45,718 nt of DNA from the IMG/VR virus record IMGVR_UViG_3300011444_000005, positions 1 to 45,718 of that record. One strand, given 5' to 3'. The position numbers were made by a program, and so were the translations under genes. Shown here piece after piece: positions 23,946 through 32,827 of this stretch (positions are counted from its first letter, which is position 1; the number at the start of each line of letters is the position of its first letter). Below the pieces are notes generated by a model. It searched no databases and had not been told where the DNA came from. It saw nothing but the letters and a program-made list of their open reading frames with translations. This DNA comes from a virus.

Positions 23946-26109
23946 TCCACTTGCGGCTAGGGCGGCCCAGGCCGCTCCACAGGGCGCCTCCCTTGATGAT
24001 GCGATTGCGCAGCTGCAGCAGCGTGTCCAAGGGCCAGGCGTCAGTGCTCTGGGTGGCGGACCGCCCCAGGGCGGGCCTGCGCTTAACCCTAGCGAGATTG
24101 ATCAGCTACAGGGCGCCGCTCCGCAGGGCACTGACATTGCATCGCCAGAGATCACTGAGAGCCCTGGCATCTTCGGTCGCGTCATGGGTCGTCTATTCGG
24201 CACGGATGTGGATGATCCACTACCTTGGAGCCGCATGGGCACGACGATTGGCGGCGCCATAGGCGGCGGTTATCTGGGCTCTCAGGTTCCGGGGCCGCCT
24301 GTCATAAAGGGCATTGGGGCGGCCGTAGGCAGCGTCATTGGAACCGGCGTGGGCGCAGCTGCGCCTGAGACCACGCTGTCATGGCTAGAGTCAGTCGGTC
24401 TCCTGGAGCCTGGCACACGCGATAAGCTGGGGCTGTCAGCTGAAAAGCTGACAACCGTTGTTGAAGGGGAAGCTCTCCTTGACATTGCAACACTTGGTGG
24501 TGTCAGTATAGCTCGCTTAGGCGGGCGCGGTGTGGTCGGCATTATGACAGGTGCTAATGCGACGACACGCGGCTTAGCTGAGACGGCGACCCGCGAGGGA
24601 ATTGCCATGCTTCCCGTTCAGGTCGGCGAGGGCAAGTTCGCACGCGGTTTTGTCAGTGTCATGGGCCGCTTTCCGTGGGTTGCATCAGGCCTGAAAGATC
24701 GCGCTAACGTCGCTATGGACCAGATCGGCCGTGCATTTGATGGCATCCCGGCGCGGCTTGGCCCTGTGGCCTCTATGGACCAGGTCAGTGCCAGCATCAT
24801 GCATGATGCTACGGCTACCGCCGAGGCCATCAGTCAGCACTTCACTGGCGAGTTCAATACACTGCTGGCACGCGCGGACATGATGGGGGTTCATGTACGG
24901 CCTGTTAACACGCGCTCTGTGTCTGATCAGTTGATAAGGGAGGTAACTCGGGAGGTCCCCGTTGGTGTTACAGGTACACGCCTTGGCGTAAACAAGAACC
25001 TGCAGGATTTCACTCGGTTTCTGAGTCGTACGACACGGCTCCTCAGCGAAGGCACCCAGATTGCCGACCAGTCATATCGTCAGATGGACACACTGCTACA
25101 AACCATCGACGAGCAGGTGGTTAAGTATGCCCCTGGCGGTGACACCAAGATCCTGGGGCGTCTTGAGCGTGTACGTCAGGCTGTTCAAATGGACATGCTT
25201 ACGAATGCCACAGAAAGGGGTACATCCACACCGAACAGCAGGGCCATTGTGACGCAGCTGCGTGCCCTTGATGAAGCTCAGACCTATACGGTGAACCAGG
25301 TCCTGCAGTCTGTCACGGCGCGGCGCCTCGGCGCAGTAAGCTCCCCGACCATGCGCTCCGTGCGGTTTACCGATCTTGGCACACGTGGCATGGACAACTT
25401 GGCACAGGTTGTTCTGAAGGGCGATAATCCAGCTGTGATTGCGGAGTTGCAGCATCTTGTCACTCCACAGACCATGGGGCAGCTTGGAAACGCTGTGTTT
25501 AATAGGGCGCTGGATGATTCCCTTATCGAGGTTGGCAACAATGTGCGTCGCTTTGATGCGCAGGACTTTGCTAAGTCGCTGGGACTTAACGCGCCGAGGT
25601 CGTCTAAGTACCGTCAGACTGAAGCGCTTGTCAACGCGGTTGGTGGCCTTCGAATGGAGGAGTTGAACACCCTGGTCCAGATCGCCACAAGGGCCAGCGA
25701 AGCGGAGATACCAGACACGGCTACCTTTATTGCACGGAAAGCCACCTTTGATGGTCTCAAGGGCACGCTTCGTAATGCGCTGCCTTGGGCTGCGATGACG
25801 ACGGCGGTAGGTGGTGGGCATCTTGCAGGTGGTCTGACGGGGGGCCTGGTCACGGGGGCGATCGCCCTGGGGGGCACTCGTATGCTTAGCAACATGATAA
25901 GCAATCCGCGCAGTGCGCGGGCACTTCGTATGGTCATGAATGAGGAGGCCGACTGGGCCGTTCGCAAGGTGGCTTGGATGCGCGCCACCTCATATGCCGT
26001 CAATAACATGATAGGCAACGGAACCCTCAATCAGGATCAGGCGGAGAACCTCAGTCATAACTTGGCAACGTTCATTGGGGGTATTGACGCCGAACGCCGC
26101 AGGCAGTAA
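23746..26109 (+). CDS. Internal virion / ejection protein candidate (787 aa)
   Basis: GTG at 23746 with GCGAGG 5 nt upstream. No in-frame ATG, GTG or TTG occurs between 23807 and 24183, so the gene overlaps the previous one by 140-200 nt. Confidence 0.5.
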   Translation: MLDQLLEQTQETQGGPQPPQPVAPAPTPLPGTQPATPPLPSPNPSRAPSPPPSPEPSVSPQPEPPTDPLAARAAQAAPQGASLDDAIAQLQQRVQGPGVSALGGGPPQGGPALNPSEIDQLQGAAPQGTDIASPEITESPGIFGRVMGRLFGTDVDDPLPWSRMGTTIGGAIGGGYLGSQVPGPPVIKGIGAAVGSVIGTGVGAAAPETTLSWLESVGLLEPGTRDKLGLSAEKLTTVVEGEALLDIATLGGVSIARLGGRGVVGIMTGANATTRGLAETATREGIAMLPVQVGEGKFARGFVSVMGRFPWVASGLKDRANVAMDQIGRAFDGIPARLGPVASMDQVSASIMHDATATAEAISQHFTGEFNTLLARADMMGVHVRPVNTRSVSDQLIREVTREVPVGVTGTRLGVNKNLQDFTRFLSRTTRLLSEGTQIADQSYRQMDTLLQTIDEQVVKYAPGGDTKILGRLERVRQAVQMDMLTNATERGTSTPNSRAIVTQLRALDEAQTYTVNQVLQSVTARRLGAVSSPTMRSVRFTDLGTRGMDNLAQVVLKGDNPAVIAELQHLVTPQTMGQLGNAVFNRALDDSLIEVGNNVRRFDAQDFAKSLGLNAPRSSKYRQTEALVNAVGGLRMEELNTLVQIATRASEAEIPDTATFIARKATFDGLKGTLRNALPWAAMTTAVGGGHLAGGLTGGLVTGAIALGGTRMLSNMISNPRSARALRMVMNEEADWAVRKVAWMRATSYAVNNMIGNGTLNQDQAENLSHNLATFIGGIDAERRRQ

Positions 26110-26121
26110 ATTACATGTACC

Positions 26122-27183
26122 ATGTTGAGGAAGGTGTTGGGGATCGTACTAGCCGGGGTGCTAGTCGTCTCGTCAAGCTCCTCGGAGGCTAGAATGGCTA
26201 AACGACAACCACCAGAAAGCATTATGAACACACTGGCCAGGGTCGCGAGAGAGCATGGGCTGCCCGTTGACGTGTTGCGTAAGTTTGCAGGCATCGAAAG
26301 TAGCTTCAATCCACGCGCACGGACGGGCTCATACAAGGGAATGTTTCAGCTTAGCGATGAGGAATTCCGCCGGGGCGGTGGCCGCGGTAATATCTACGAT
26401 GCGGAGGCGAATGCACAGGCATTTGCACACGTTCTGAAATCCAATGCAACTAATTACGAACGCACGACGGGCAAGCCGGCAACAGGCCAGGTGCTCTACA
26501 TACTACATCAGCAGGGCACTGAAGGCGGGGCTAACCACCTGGAGAACCCTGGCAAGCTTGCGTGGAAGAACATGTGGGCTACACGCGAAGGCCAGGAACG
26601 TGGCCCAGGGTGGGCCAAGAAAGCCATCTGGGGAAACATCCCACCCACCGCACGCAAGGCCTTCGGCAGGGTCGAGAACGTCACGAGTGGCCAGTTCACC
26701 ACGCTTTGGAACAATCGATACAATCGCGAGGGGGGCAAGGCAGGCGCTGAGGTTGCATTTGATCCGTCGGGGGCCGCACCACCGATGCCTGAGCGTGGCA
26801 CACGTGTTGCCAGCAACACACCTGTCGATCCGTCCCAACAGGTTGTTATGGTCGGTGGGGGTGAGGAGCCGCCTCCTGTACCTGATCGTCGCAACATGAA
26901 GTTCGATTATCGCGCCCCAGAGTACGCGTCGAACGGAGGCGGGGAGCTGCCACCATCTGTTCCCAGGGACAGCGACTTCCTGATGCCCAACGTATCGACT
27001 GAGACGCGTCGGGCCAGAGGAAGCCCACTGGCCAGCCCAGCGACAGGTGGCTTGAGTCCAGAGGACTCAAAGCGCGCCTTTGGTGGAACGTTCGGCGACT
27101 TGTACGCGAGGCCCGACCAAGGGGCCGCTCTATTGGGCGGCCTCCCGCCGAGGCCGCCACTCCTCAAGGACATCTTCGGATAG
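26122..27183 (+). CDS. Virion-associated lytic transglycosylase (SLT domain) with N-terminal signal/TM segment
   Basis: FAGIESSFNPRARTGSYKGMFQLS (catalytic E-S motif) after a hydrophobic N-terminus. Last gene of the late block. Confidence 0.8.
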   Translation: MLRKVLGIVLAGVLVVSSSSSEARMAKRQPPESIMNTLARVAREHGLPVDVLRKFAGIESSFNPRARTGSYKGMFQLSDEEFRRGGGRGNIYDAEANAQAFAHVLKSNATNYERTTGKPATGQVLYILHQQGTEGGANHLENPGKLAWKNMWATREGQERGPGWAKKAIWGNIPPTARKAFGRVENVTSGQFTTLWNNRYNREGGKAGAEVAFDPSGAAPPMPERGTRVASNTPVDPSQQVVMVGGGEEPPPVPDRRNMKFDYRAPEYASNGGGELPPSVPRDSDFLMPNVSTETRRARGSPLASPATGGLSPEDSKRAFGGTFGDLYARPDQGAALLGGLPPRPPLLKDIFG

Positions 27184-27996
27184 GTCAAGGGGAGCCATCT
27201 CCCCCCAGCTAGGGCCACACTTGACATCGACGCCGAGCGTGAATGTGTGGCCCTTACACTCCAGCTGGGGGCTCATGTAATCGATCATCTTGTGAACGAA
27301 CGGGACCAGCTGGTCCCGTTTTTCGTCTGGATAGCTCACCAATATCGAGTCGTGGACTTGCGCCTTGAGGCGCATAGGACCACACAACACGTCCATATCA
27401 TTGAAGGCCAGCACCATGGCTCTGCGACATATGTCGAAGACGGTCGACTGAGGCTTGAAGGCATATGCCTTATCCCACAGGTCGGGGCCTGCCTGGTCGA
27501 GCAGCCGAACGCGACGGCCCATCAGGTTAACGAGCGTTCTGTCATTGTGTCGCAGCTCGTGCTTGATGTCGGCATGAAAGGTCTTGCGTATGCCCGGATA
27601 AGCGCTGTCATGATACAGACTGACGATGGCCTCCGCATCCTTCTCGGGCATCTCGTTCTCAAGGGCGAACCGCCGGTAGCGCATGTCGTAATTTAGGCCG
27701 TGGTTGCTCTTCTTGCCAGCCTGTCTGATTGTGAATATGCGTGGCACGAAGTAATCGCCCTCGAAGAGCTCCGGCAGGAGTTTCCTGCGCATGACCAGCA
27801 GACCGTCTGGGTCCGTCATGGAGCCGAGCAGCTTATGCTCACGCTCGACGAGCGCCTCGGGTGCGCGACTGATCAAGGCACCAGTTGCCGTATGTGGACT
27901 ACGCCCGCTCTTGGCAATGGCAATCATGTTAGGATCATCGGCAAGATATGCCACGATGACCCACTCGGCGCCCGCCAGGTCGAACTCCACAAACAT
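27130..27996 (-). CDS. Family A DNA polymerase, C-terminal part (motifs A, B, C)
   Basis: FDLAGAEWVIVA (motif A, D-x-x-x-x-E), RQAGKKSNHGLNYDM (motif B), QVHDSIL (motif C). ATG at 27996 has an ATGA overlap with the upstream ORF. Confidence 0.85.
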   Translation of the reverse strand: MFVEFDLAGAEWVIVAYLADDPNMIAIAKSGRSPHTATGALISRAPEALVEREHKLLGSMTDPDGLLVMRRKLLPELFEGDYFVPRIFTIRQAGKKSNHGLNYDMRYRRFALENEMPEKDAEAIVSLYHDSAYPGIRKTFHADIKHELRHNDRTLVNLMGRRVRLLDQAGPDLWDKAYAFKPQSTVFDICRRAMVLAFNDMDVLCGPMRLKAQVHDSILVSYPDEKRDQLVPFVHKMIDYMSPQLECKGHTFTLGVDVKCGPSWGEMAPLDLSEDVLEEWRPRREAAQ

Positions 27997-28436
27997 CAAT
28001 TGCACCCATTCTTGTCGAACTCGTCATGTCTGCGCCATCCCTGTGGGCACCAGAAGCCCCACACCCGGACCCTTGGTCCGGTGATGAACAGTGTATATGT
28101 GGGTACACGCGCCGCTATGATGCGATGTCTGAACGTCGGGCTTCGCCACACTCGGGTGCCAGGCAGGATTGCTCGGCGTGTGATGTAGTGATCCTTTGCA
28201 TACTCCTCCACGAGGCCGTGTGGTCCAAGTATCCAGCTGAACGACCACCAGGGATGGTCGTGGAGGGCACGATCGTCGTCGCTACCGACCCACTCGTGCA
28301 GATAGATGTTGAACAGTGGATTACGCGGCACGATATACCAGCGGTTCAAGAACCGCGTCTTGCCAATCACAATGTCAGGTGGACGTGATGTCACCACACC
28401 GTAGGCCCAGCTGAGTAGTCGTGCTGTCATGTTCAT
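27996..28436 (-). CDS. Conserved-looking hypothetical protein (146 aa) with LHDHPW motif, inside the polymerase split
   Basis: ATGA coupling at both ends. A histidine cluster (HEW...HDHPW...H) suggests a metal site. Family not identified. Confidence 0.6.
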   Translation of the reverse strand: MNMTARLLSWAYGVVTSRPPDIVIGKTRFLNRWYIVPRNPLFNIYLHEWVGSDDDRALHDHPWWSFSWILGPHGLVEEYAKDHYITRRAILPGTRVWRSPTFRHRIIAARVPTYTLFITGPRVRVWGFWCPQGWRRHDEFDKNGCN

Positions 28437-28702
28437 TCGCGGCCCTCCTCCTTGTCTCTGTCTCGTCCCTTGAGTTCGATTACGAACCTGATCGCCATGG
28501 CAGCCACCTGGATGGCTTCCTCACAGGCGGCCTCTCGATTGTCAGCTTTGATCTCATCCCACATCTCGTCGAACTCCTCCCGAATGACAGATGCGCCTTC
28601 GTGTGCGTTGACGAACGGTCGTGGAAACTTCTCGCGAGCGTATAGCAGCTGACTAACCACGTCATCCAATACACATTCCTCTTCAGCTGTAATTCTGTAC
28701 AT
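28433..28702 (-). CDS. MazG-like nucleotide pyrophosphohydrolase candidate (89 aa), inside the polymerase split
   Basis: HEGASVIREEFDEMWDEI resembles the E-x-x-E-E...E helix of all-alpha NTP-PPases. AGGAGG RBS. Confidence 0.4.
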   Translation of the reverse strand: MYRITAEEECVLDDVVSQLLYAREKFPRPFVNAHEGASVIREEFDEMWDEIKADNREAACEEAIQVAAMAIRFVIELKGRDRDKEEGRE

Positions 28703-28710
28703 GTCGCCTC

Positions 28711-30375
28711 CTAATCTGCTACAATAAAGCTCTTGAACCTCGGATCGAGATTTTGTAGGTTGGTTCCTGTTCCTAGAATGGTCTGACTGCTGCTCAGTCG
28801 TCCTGTCCAGGTCCCCCGGGGGTTCCAGCTACATCTCAATCTGCCGTCTTTGTCCATCTCAACATCTAGGTACGTTCCTTTCAACTTACGGAAGCCCCTG
28901 ATCTCCTGGACGAGCTTGGCTTCGCGCAGTTGAGTCTTGCGGAAAATGCGGCTCATGGCCTTATCGTCCGTTGTTATGCCACCAGTCGCGTTTCGGTACG
29001 CCGGAAGGCCCTTATGTTCATAGAAATACTTCGCGCACTGAGCCGACGAGCCGGGATTGAACGGATAGTCGGCTGCCTCGTTGAGCTCGGTCTCCAAGTC
29101 TGCAATCTTGCCTTCGATCTCAAGCTTTGTCGCCTCCAGCTTGTCGCGGTCGATTGCCAGGCCATCCAGTGTCATGTAAATGAGGGGGTCCATCAAGGCG
29201 ACCGTGTCGTTGTAGGTCTGCCACATGCCTCGCGCCGTTAGCTCTGCGCTCAGGACATCCCAAGCCTCAAGAGCAACGCAGCTATCCTTGCCACAGTAGC
29301 GCCAGAACTGCGGAAAGTCGCCCCCCTCATTCTTCCACATCTTGCCCTCATCCTTCCAGTATGGCTCCCGCGTGTGCATGCTGGCAATGAAGTCAAGTCC
29401 CTTGTTGAACTCGGGATACAAGATATGCTGCGCAATCATCGTGTCGCCAATCGAACCGCGCACCCGGATGTGGTTCTGCATGAACATGAAGACGGCGTCA
29501 AAGCCAACAAGATTTTGATTAATCTTCATGACGCGTGGGTCGTACATCAGCTTGGCGTACTCACGCCATATGAGAACTTCGTCATCCTCGTCCCAATAAG
29601 GGCCGCGTTCGTCCGTTAGAGGAATGGTCATTCCCTCATCAGGTCGGGTGCACAAGCTGAAGCAGCTAATCTGATGATTGACGACTTCGAGGTCAGTAGC
29701 TACCCTTTCGGAGCGCCGACAGGTCCGCAAGAAATTGAGCGCTTCGGCGAGCGTTGGCCTGATCGCGATCTCCCGCCTCGGTAGGGTCAGCGTCGGTGTT
29801 GCCGCCTCCAGTCGGGCCTTGATCATGTCGCTTATGATCAGATATCGCCACAGGTACACACCATGTATAGTCGCCGCTGGATGAACTGTCGGAATCAACT
29901 TCTTCCCATCGATACGAGGTAAGCCTTCCAGCGGTGAACCCCGCCACTTCATAATCCGATCCGACTTGCCGGTGCATAATTCCAGAGCCTGTTGACCCAG
30001 AGTCAGGATGCAATTTGCGCCAGATCTTCTCAGCCGTTCCAGAGTCTGTGAGGCCTGCTCTAGTCCGTATTCCGTGAAACCCTTCTTCGTCCATAGTGCT
30101 GAGCCTCCTCGCCCGCTGTAGATGTCACCCTTTAGATCTGTGTGGACGGGAGCTTCCCATATGTTTAATATGTAGCAGTCCCTACGTGTTATGCCAGCCA
30201 AGCCGAGGCATTCCCGGAACACCTCGCCCGCTGGGCCGACGAGCGGAGCTCGTTGTCTCATCTCGTTCGCTGCTGGGGCCTGGCCCAGCACCAGCAGCTT
30301 CGCATTTGGATCGCCATCCTCGTAGGGAGTGCTCATACCGCTTCCCGTTTCGCTTGAGTGGATACGATAGACCAT
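28711..30375 (-). CDS. Family A DNA polymerase, N-terminal part: UDG-like domain + 3'-5' exonuclease + start of the polymerase domain
   Basis: UDG family 4-like LGQAPAANE, LVGPAGEVF and IPTVHPAA. Exo I DLEV, Exo II NLVGFD, Exo III YCGKD. Then TGRLSSS...NLQNL, ending FIVAD just before motif A. The start may be ATG 30336. Confidence 0.85.
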   Translation of the reverse strand: MVYRIHSSETGSGMSTPYEDGDPNAKLLVLGQAPAANEMRQRAPLVGPAGEVFRECLGLAGITRRDCYILNIWEAPVHTDLKGDIYSGRGGSALWTKKGFTEYGLEQASQTLERLRRSGANCILTLGQQALELCTGKSDRIMKWRGSPLEGLPRIDGKKLIPTVHPAATIHGVYLWRYLIISDMIKARLEAATPTLTLPRREIAIRPTLAEALNFLRTCRRSERVATDLEVVNHQISCFSLCTRPDEGMTIPLTDERGPYWDEDDEVLIWREYAKLMYDPRVMKINQNLVGFDAVFMFMQNHIRVRGSIGDTMIAQHILYPEFNKGLDFIASMHTREPYWKDEGKMWKNEGGDFPQFWRYCGKDSCVALEAWDVLSAELTARGMWQTYNDTVALMDPLIYMTLDGLAIDRDKLEATKLEIEGKIADLETELNEAADYPFNPGSSAQCAKYFYEHKGLPAYRNATGGITTDDKAMSRIFRKTQLREAKLVQEIRGFRKLKGTYLDVEMDKDGRLRCSWNPRGTWTGRLSSSQTILGTGTNLQNLDPRFKSFIVAD

Positions 30376-30505
30376 GATTATGACACCGCTGACGTATTGC
30401 GCCCAGGGTGCGATGTGGCATCATGCAGGCCACATCATCCATATGAATGTGTGTCAGCAGGATGTTGTGCTCCTCAGTCGTCCACTTCCTCCAGGTCTTC
30501 GTCAT
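30182..30505 (-). CDS. Small SANT/Myb-like DNA-binding protein candidate, out of frame over the polymerase 5' end
   Basis: WRKWTTEEHNILLTHI...MPHRTLGAIRQRC fits the Myb/SANT repeat. ATG at 30505 with GAGG 6 nt upstream. The frame stays open to 30182. Confidence 0.4.
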   Translation of the reverse strand: MTKTWRKWTTEEHNILLTHIHMDDVACMMPHRTLGAIRQRCHNHGLSYPLKRNGKRYEHSLRGWRSKCEAAGAGPGPSSERDETTSSARRPSGRGVPGMPRLGWHNT

Positions 30506-31793
30506 CCACAACCTCAGTTGTTGGTTCAAGCTCCATCGCTACAATGTCCAGGAAGCGATCCTTGTTATTTTGGCTCAGGTCGAAACCGAAGCCGGTATGC
30601 CCAGCCTTGTATGCGGCCCGGAGGGTCACACCGCTGCCCAGGAACGGAACAAGTATGTTAGCTCCCGTGTCGGATGGCAAGATGGTATTAATGATATCGC
30701 TGAGCATGTCAAGTGGCTTCTCAGTCGGATGTATCTTACGCATTGGGGAAACAGGAGCGTAAGCGAATACGTTACTCCGGCCCTGTCGGCTCATCTTTGG
30801 CTGGCCCTTGCGCGCCAGGAAAAAGGGCTCATAACACGAGGCCAAGGCCACATCAGGCTGTGCGGTTTGACCACTCTGGCCCTTGTACCACAAGGCTGGC
30901 ATTGGGTTGACCGCGAACTTGGCTGCAGCCAGCCATCTCAGCATATCGCCGTGCCACTGCATGCCATACCAGAACACGGCGAAAGCATTAGGCTTTAGCA
31001 GACGGTAGGTCTGTGCAATCACTTCCTTCATGAAGGGCGGAAACGCCTTAGCGTCGATCTCATGATAGTCGGTGGTGCGGCCTCCATCGGTGTTGCGGGC
31101 CTTGCGTCGATCGATCTCGATGCCATAAGGAGGGTCTACCTCAGCAAGGTCACACGTGTCGGCATCAACAGCGGCCATGCCGTCCAGGGCGTCGCCGACT
31201 ATATAGTGATTGACGGCCCATTCAGGCGCGCGCCGAACAGCCTCGGGGACTTTCCTTCTGAGCATCTGTACGACTGCGACTTCTTCGAGGCGCTTGTACA
31301 TCTTCCACGCCTCATCTTGAGTCTCACAATTGCCTAGTTCAGGCAGTAGCTCAAGGGCTTCAGCGAGCTGAAGCCGCATTCCAACAAGCGACTTAGATAC
31401 GTCCCGGTATTCCTGCTGCTTTCGCAAGGACCATTTATTATCCTTACGCGACTTCATGGCAAATATATCACGTTCGAGATTTGCTATCTCTGGCCACGCG
31501 AAGTTCTTCCGTATCTGGTTTTCATCAAGTTCGACCTCTAGACTGTCGACGGCGTCTCCGCCGACGCGCATCTCGGCCCTGATCGTTTCCCAGCCGAGCT
31601 GCTTAGCCCCCAGCACGCGTCGCTCGCCAGCCAGCAACTGCATCCCCTTATCCACAAGCACAGGATGTATCTGGCCACGGTCACGCAGACTCTCTGCCAT
31701 CGAATTGATCTCGCCTTTATCAACTCGATAGCGGCCGGAGATCTTAATCAGAGCGAGGGGCACCTGGCCGAGCTGCTCAACCTTAACTTCCAT
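30474..31793 (-). CDS. ParB-like N-terminal domain fused to a DNA methyltransferase (DPPY, beta-class order)
   Basis: HPVLV...LLAGERRVLGAKQLG (ParB/Srx fold), EVDPPYGIE (motif IV), VPFLGSGVT (motif I) near the C-terminus. Confidence 0.85.
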   Translation of the reverse strand: MEVKVEQLGQVPLALIKISGRYRVDKGEINSMAESLRDRGQIHPVLVDKGMQLLAGERRVLGAKQLGWETIRAEMRVGGDAVDSLEVELDENQIRKNFAWPEIANLERDIFAMKSRKDNKWSLRKQQEYRDVSKSLVGMRLQLAEALELLPELGNCETQDEAWKMYKRLEEVAVVQMLRRKVPEAVRRAPEWAVNHYIVGDALDGMAAVDADTCDLAEVDPPYGIEIDRRKARNTDGGRTTDYHEIDAKAFPPFMKEVIAQTYRLLKPNAFAVFWYGMQWHGDMLRWLAAAKFAVNPMPALWYKGQSGQTAQPDVALASCYEPFFLARKGQPKMSRQGRSNVFAYAPVSPMRKIHPTEKPLDMLSDIINTILPSDTGANILVPFLGSGVTLRAAYKAGHTGFGFDLSQNNKDRFLDIVAMELEPTTEVVDDEDLEEVDD

Positions 31794-32037
31794 TGCCCAT
31801 CCTCTTTAGTATGCGCTCTATCATGTCAGCATCGGCCCCGGCAAGCAGCTTTCTGGCCTTTGTCTTAGCGGTGTCGCTAGTTGCTTTGACAGACTTTATG
31901 ACAGATGGCCGCTGCTTTGATAGGCGACGGTCGGCGCGTATGCGTCGCACGTGCTCACGTATCTGGTCGGGGGTCATGTTGTCAAGGTGGCCCCACAACT
32001 TTTCGAGGCGGTCATCTATGCTGGGTTCATTATCCAC
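31783..32037 (-). CDS. Hypothetical protein (84 aa)
   Basis: GTG at 32037 with GGAGA 9 nt upstream is preferred. The ORF track start at 32079 would begin inside the palindrome. Confidence 0.5.
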   Translation of the reverse strand: MDNEPSIDDRLEKLWGHLDNMTPDQIREHVRRIRADRRLSKQRPSVIKSVKATSDTAKTKARKLLAGADADMIERILKRMGNGS

Positions 32038-32060
32038 TTTGTTCGATCTCCACAGCTGAG

Positions 32061-32079
32061 ATGTCCAAATTTTGGACAC
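32061..32079. promoter_or_regulatory. Palindrome (a)TGTCCAAATTTTGGACAC (copy 3 of 4)
   Basis: 18 of 19 positions. Intergenic, 2 nt after the RHH gene stop and 25 nt before the next start. Confidence 0.6.
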
Positions 32080-32081
32080 CC

Positions 32082-32300
32082 CTACGATACATCATGCCTC
32101 TTCAGATCTGGCACTAGCTTGTACTCGCCAGATATGATCGCGCCAACCATGATTTCACCGTCCTTGTCGATCGCATCCAGTGCAACAGTCAGTAAGCTTG
32201 CAACCAGATGCCCCCGGAAGCCGTGTCGAACGCCCTTAATGCGTTCGAATAGGTCGTCAGTGACCTTTATGGTTAAGCGTCGGTTCAGATCGTGAGTCAT
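32082..32300 (-). CDS. Ribbon-helix-helix (CopG/Arc-like) DNA-binding protein candidate (72 aa)
   Basis: N-terminal RRLTIKVTDDLFERIK fits the RHH beta-strand plus helix pattern. Confidence 0.45.
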   Translation of the reverse strand: MTHDLNRRLTIKVTDDLFERIKGVRHGFRGHLVASLLTVALDAIDKDGEIMVGAIISGEYKLVPDLKRHDVS

Positions 32301-32316
32301 CTTATCTCCTGTGACA

Positions 32317-32350
32317 GCCCCCCAGAGGACCTCGTAAACCTCTGGGGGGC
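32317..32350 (-). other. Intercistronic stem-loop, 12-bp perfect stem
   Basis: GCCCCCCAGAGG-N10-CCTCTGGGGGGC. No U-tract on the minus strand, so it is more likely a processing or stability element than a terminator. Confidence 0.6.
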
Positions 32351-32380
32351 TTTAGGCTCAGCAGCGTGGAGCGCCGTAGC

Positions 32381-32827
32381 CTATTCCTTCAGACGGGGCA
32401 GGCGGAGGCGGTTGCGAATGATATCGTCGTTTCCAACCTCCTGTGTCAAATATGCGTGGGCAACCGCGCCGCTTAGGTCTGCGACCTCAAAGTCCTCCGG
32501 CACATCGAAGCATGCACAGAAGCGTTTGAAGTCGAGCCTTCGTCTTTCGATTTGCTGCTTCTCCATGTCCGAGTTCCAGCTGAGAATGTAGTGGGCGAAC
32601 ATGGGGGCATCAGTTCCATCGTCGAAGGCGATCCAGGCGGTGATCATATCATCACCCTTACTGTTCTCCGACTGCGTGGCTTTCTGGATACGCAGGTCGT
32701 ACTCGCCCTCGGGGGCGGCCTTGGGCTCGTGTACGTCGTCAAGGCTCTCACGAATGAACGGCATTCTTACTCGCTCCTGTTGTTGTGGCGGTTGCGGCTG
32801 CGGCTGCTCTTTCTTGGCCCGTGCCAT
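32381..32827 (-). CDS. DUF669-like protein (phage SSB-like partner of Sak4-type ATPases)
   Basis: PEGEYDLRIQKA...SKGDDMITAWIAF pattern, and position directly after an AAA_24-type ATPase. GAGGAG RBS. Confidence 0.45.
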   Translation of the reverse strand: MARAKKEQPQPQPPQQQERVRMPFIRESLDDVHEPKAAPEGEYDLRIQKATQSENSKGDDMITAWIAFDDGTDAPMFAHYILSWNSDMEKQQIERRRLDFKRFCACFDVPEDFEVADLSGAVAHAYLTQEVGNDDIIRNRLRLPRLKE

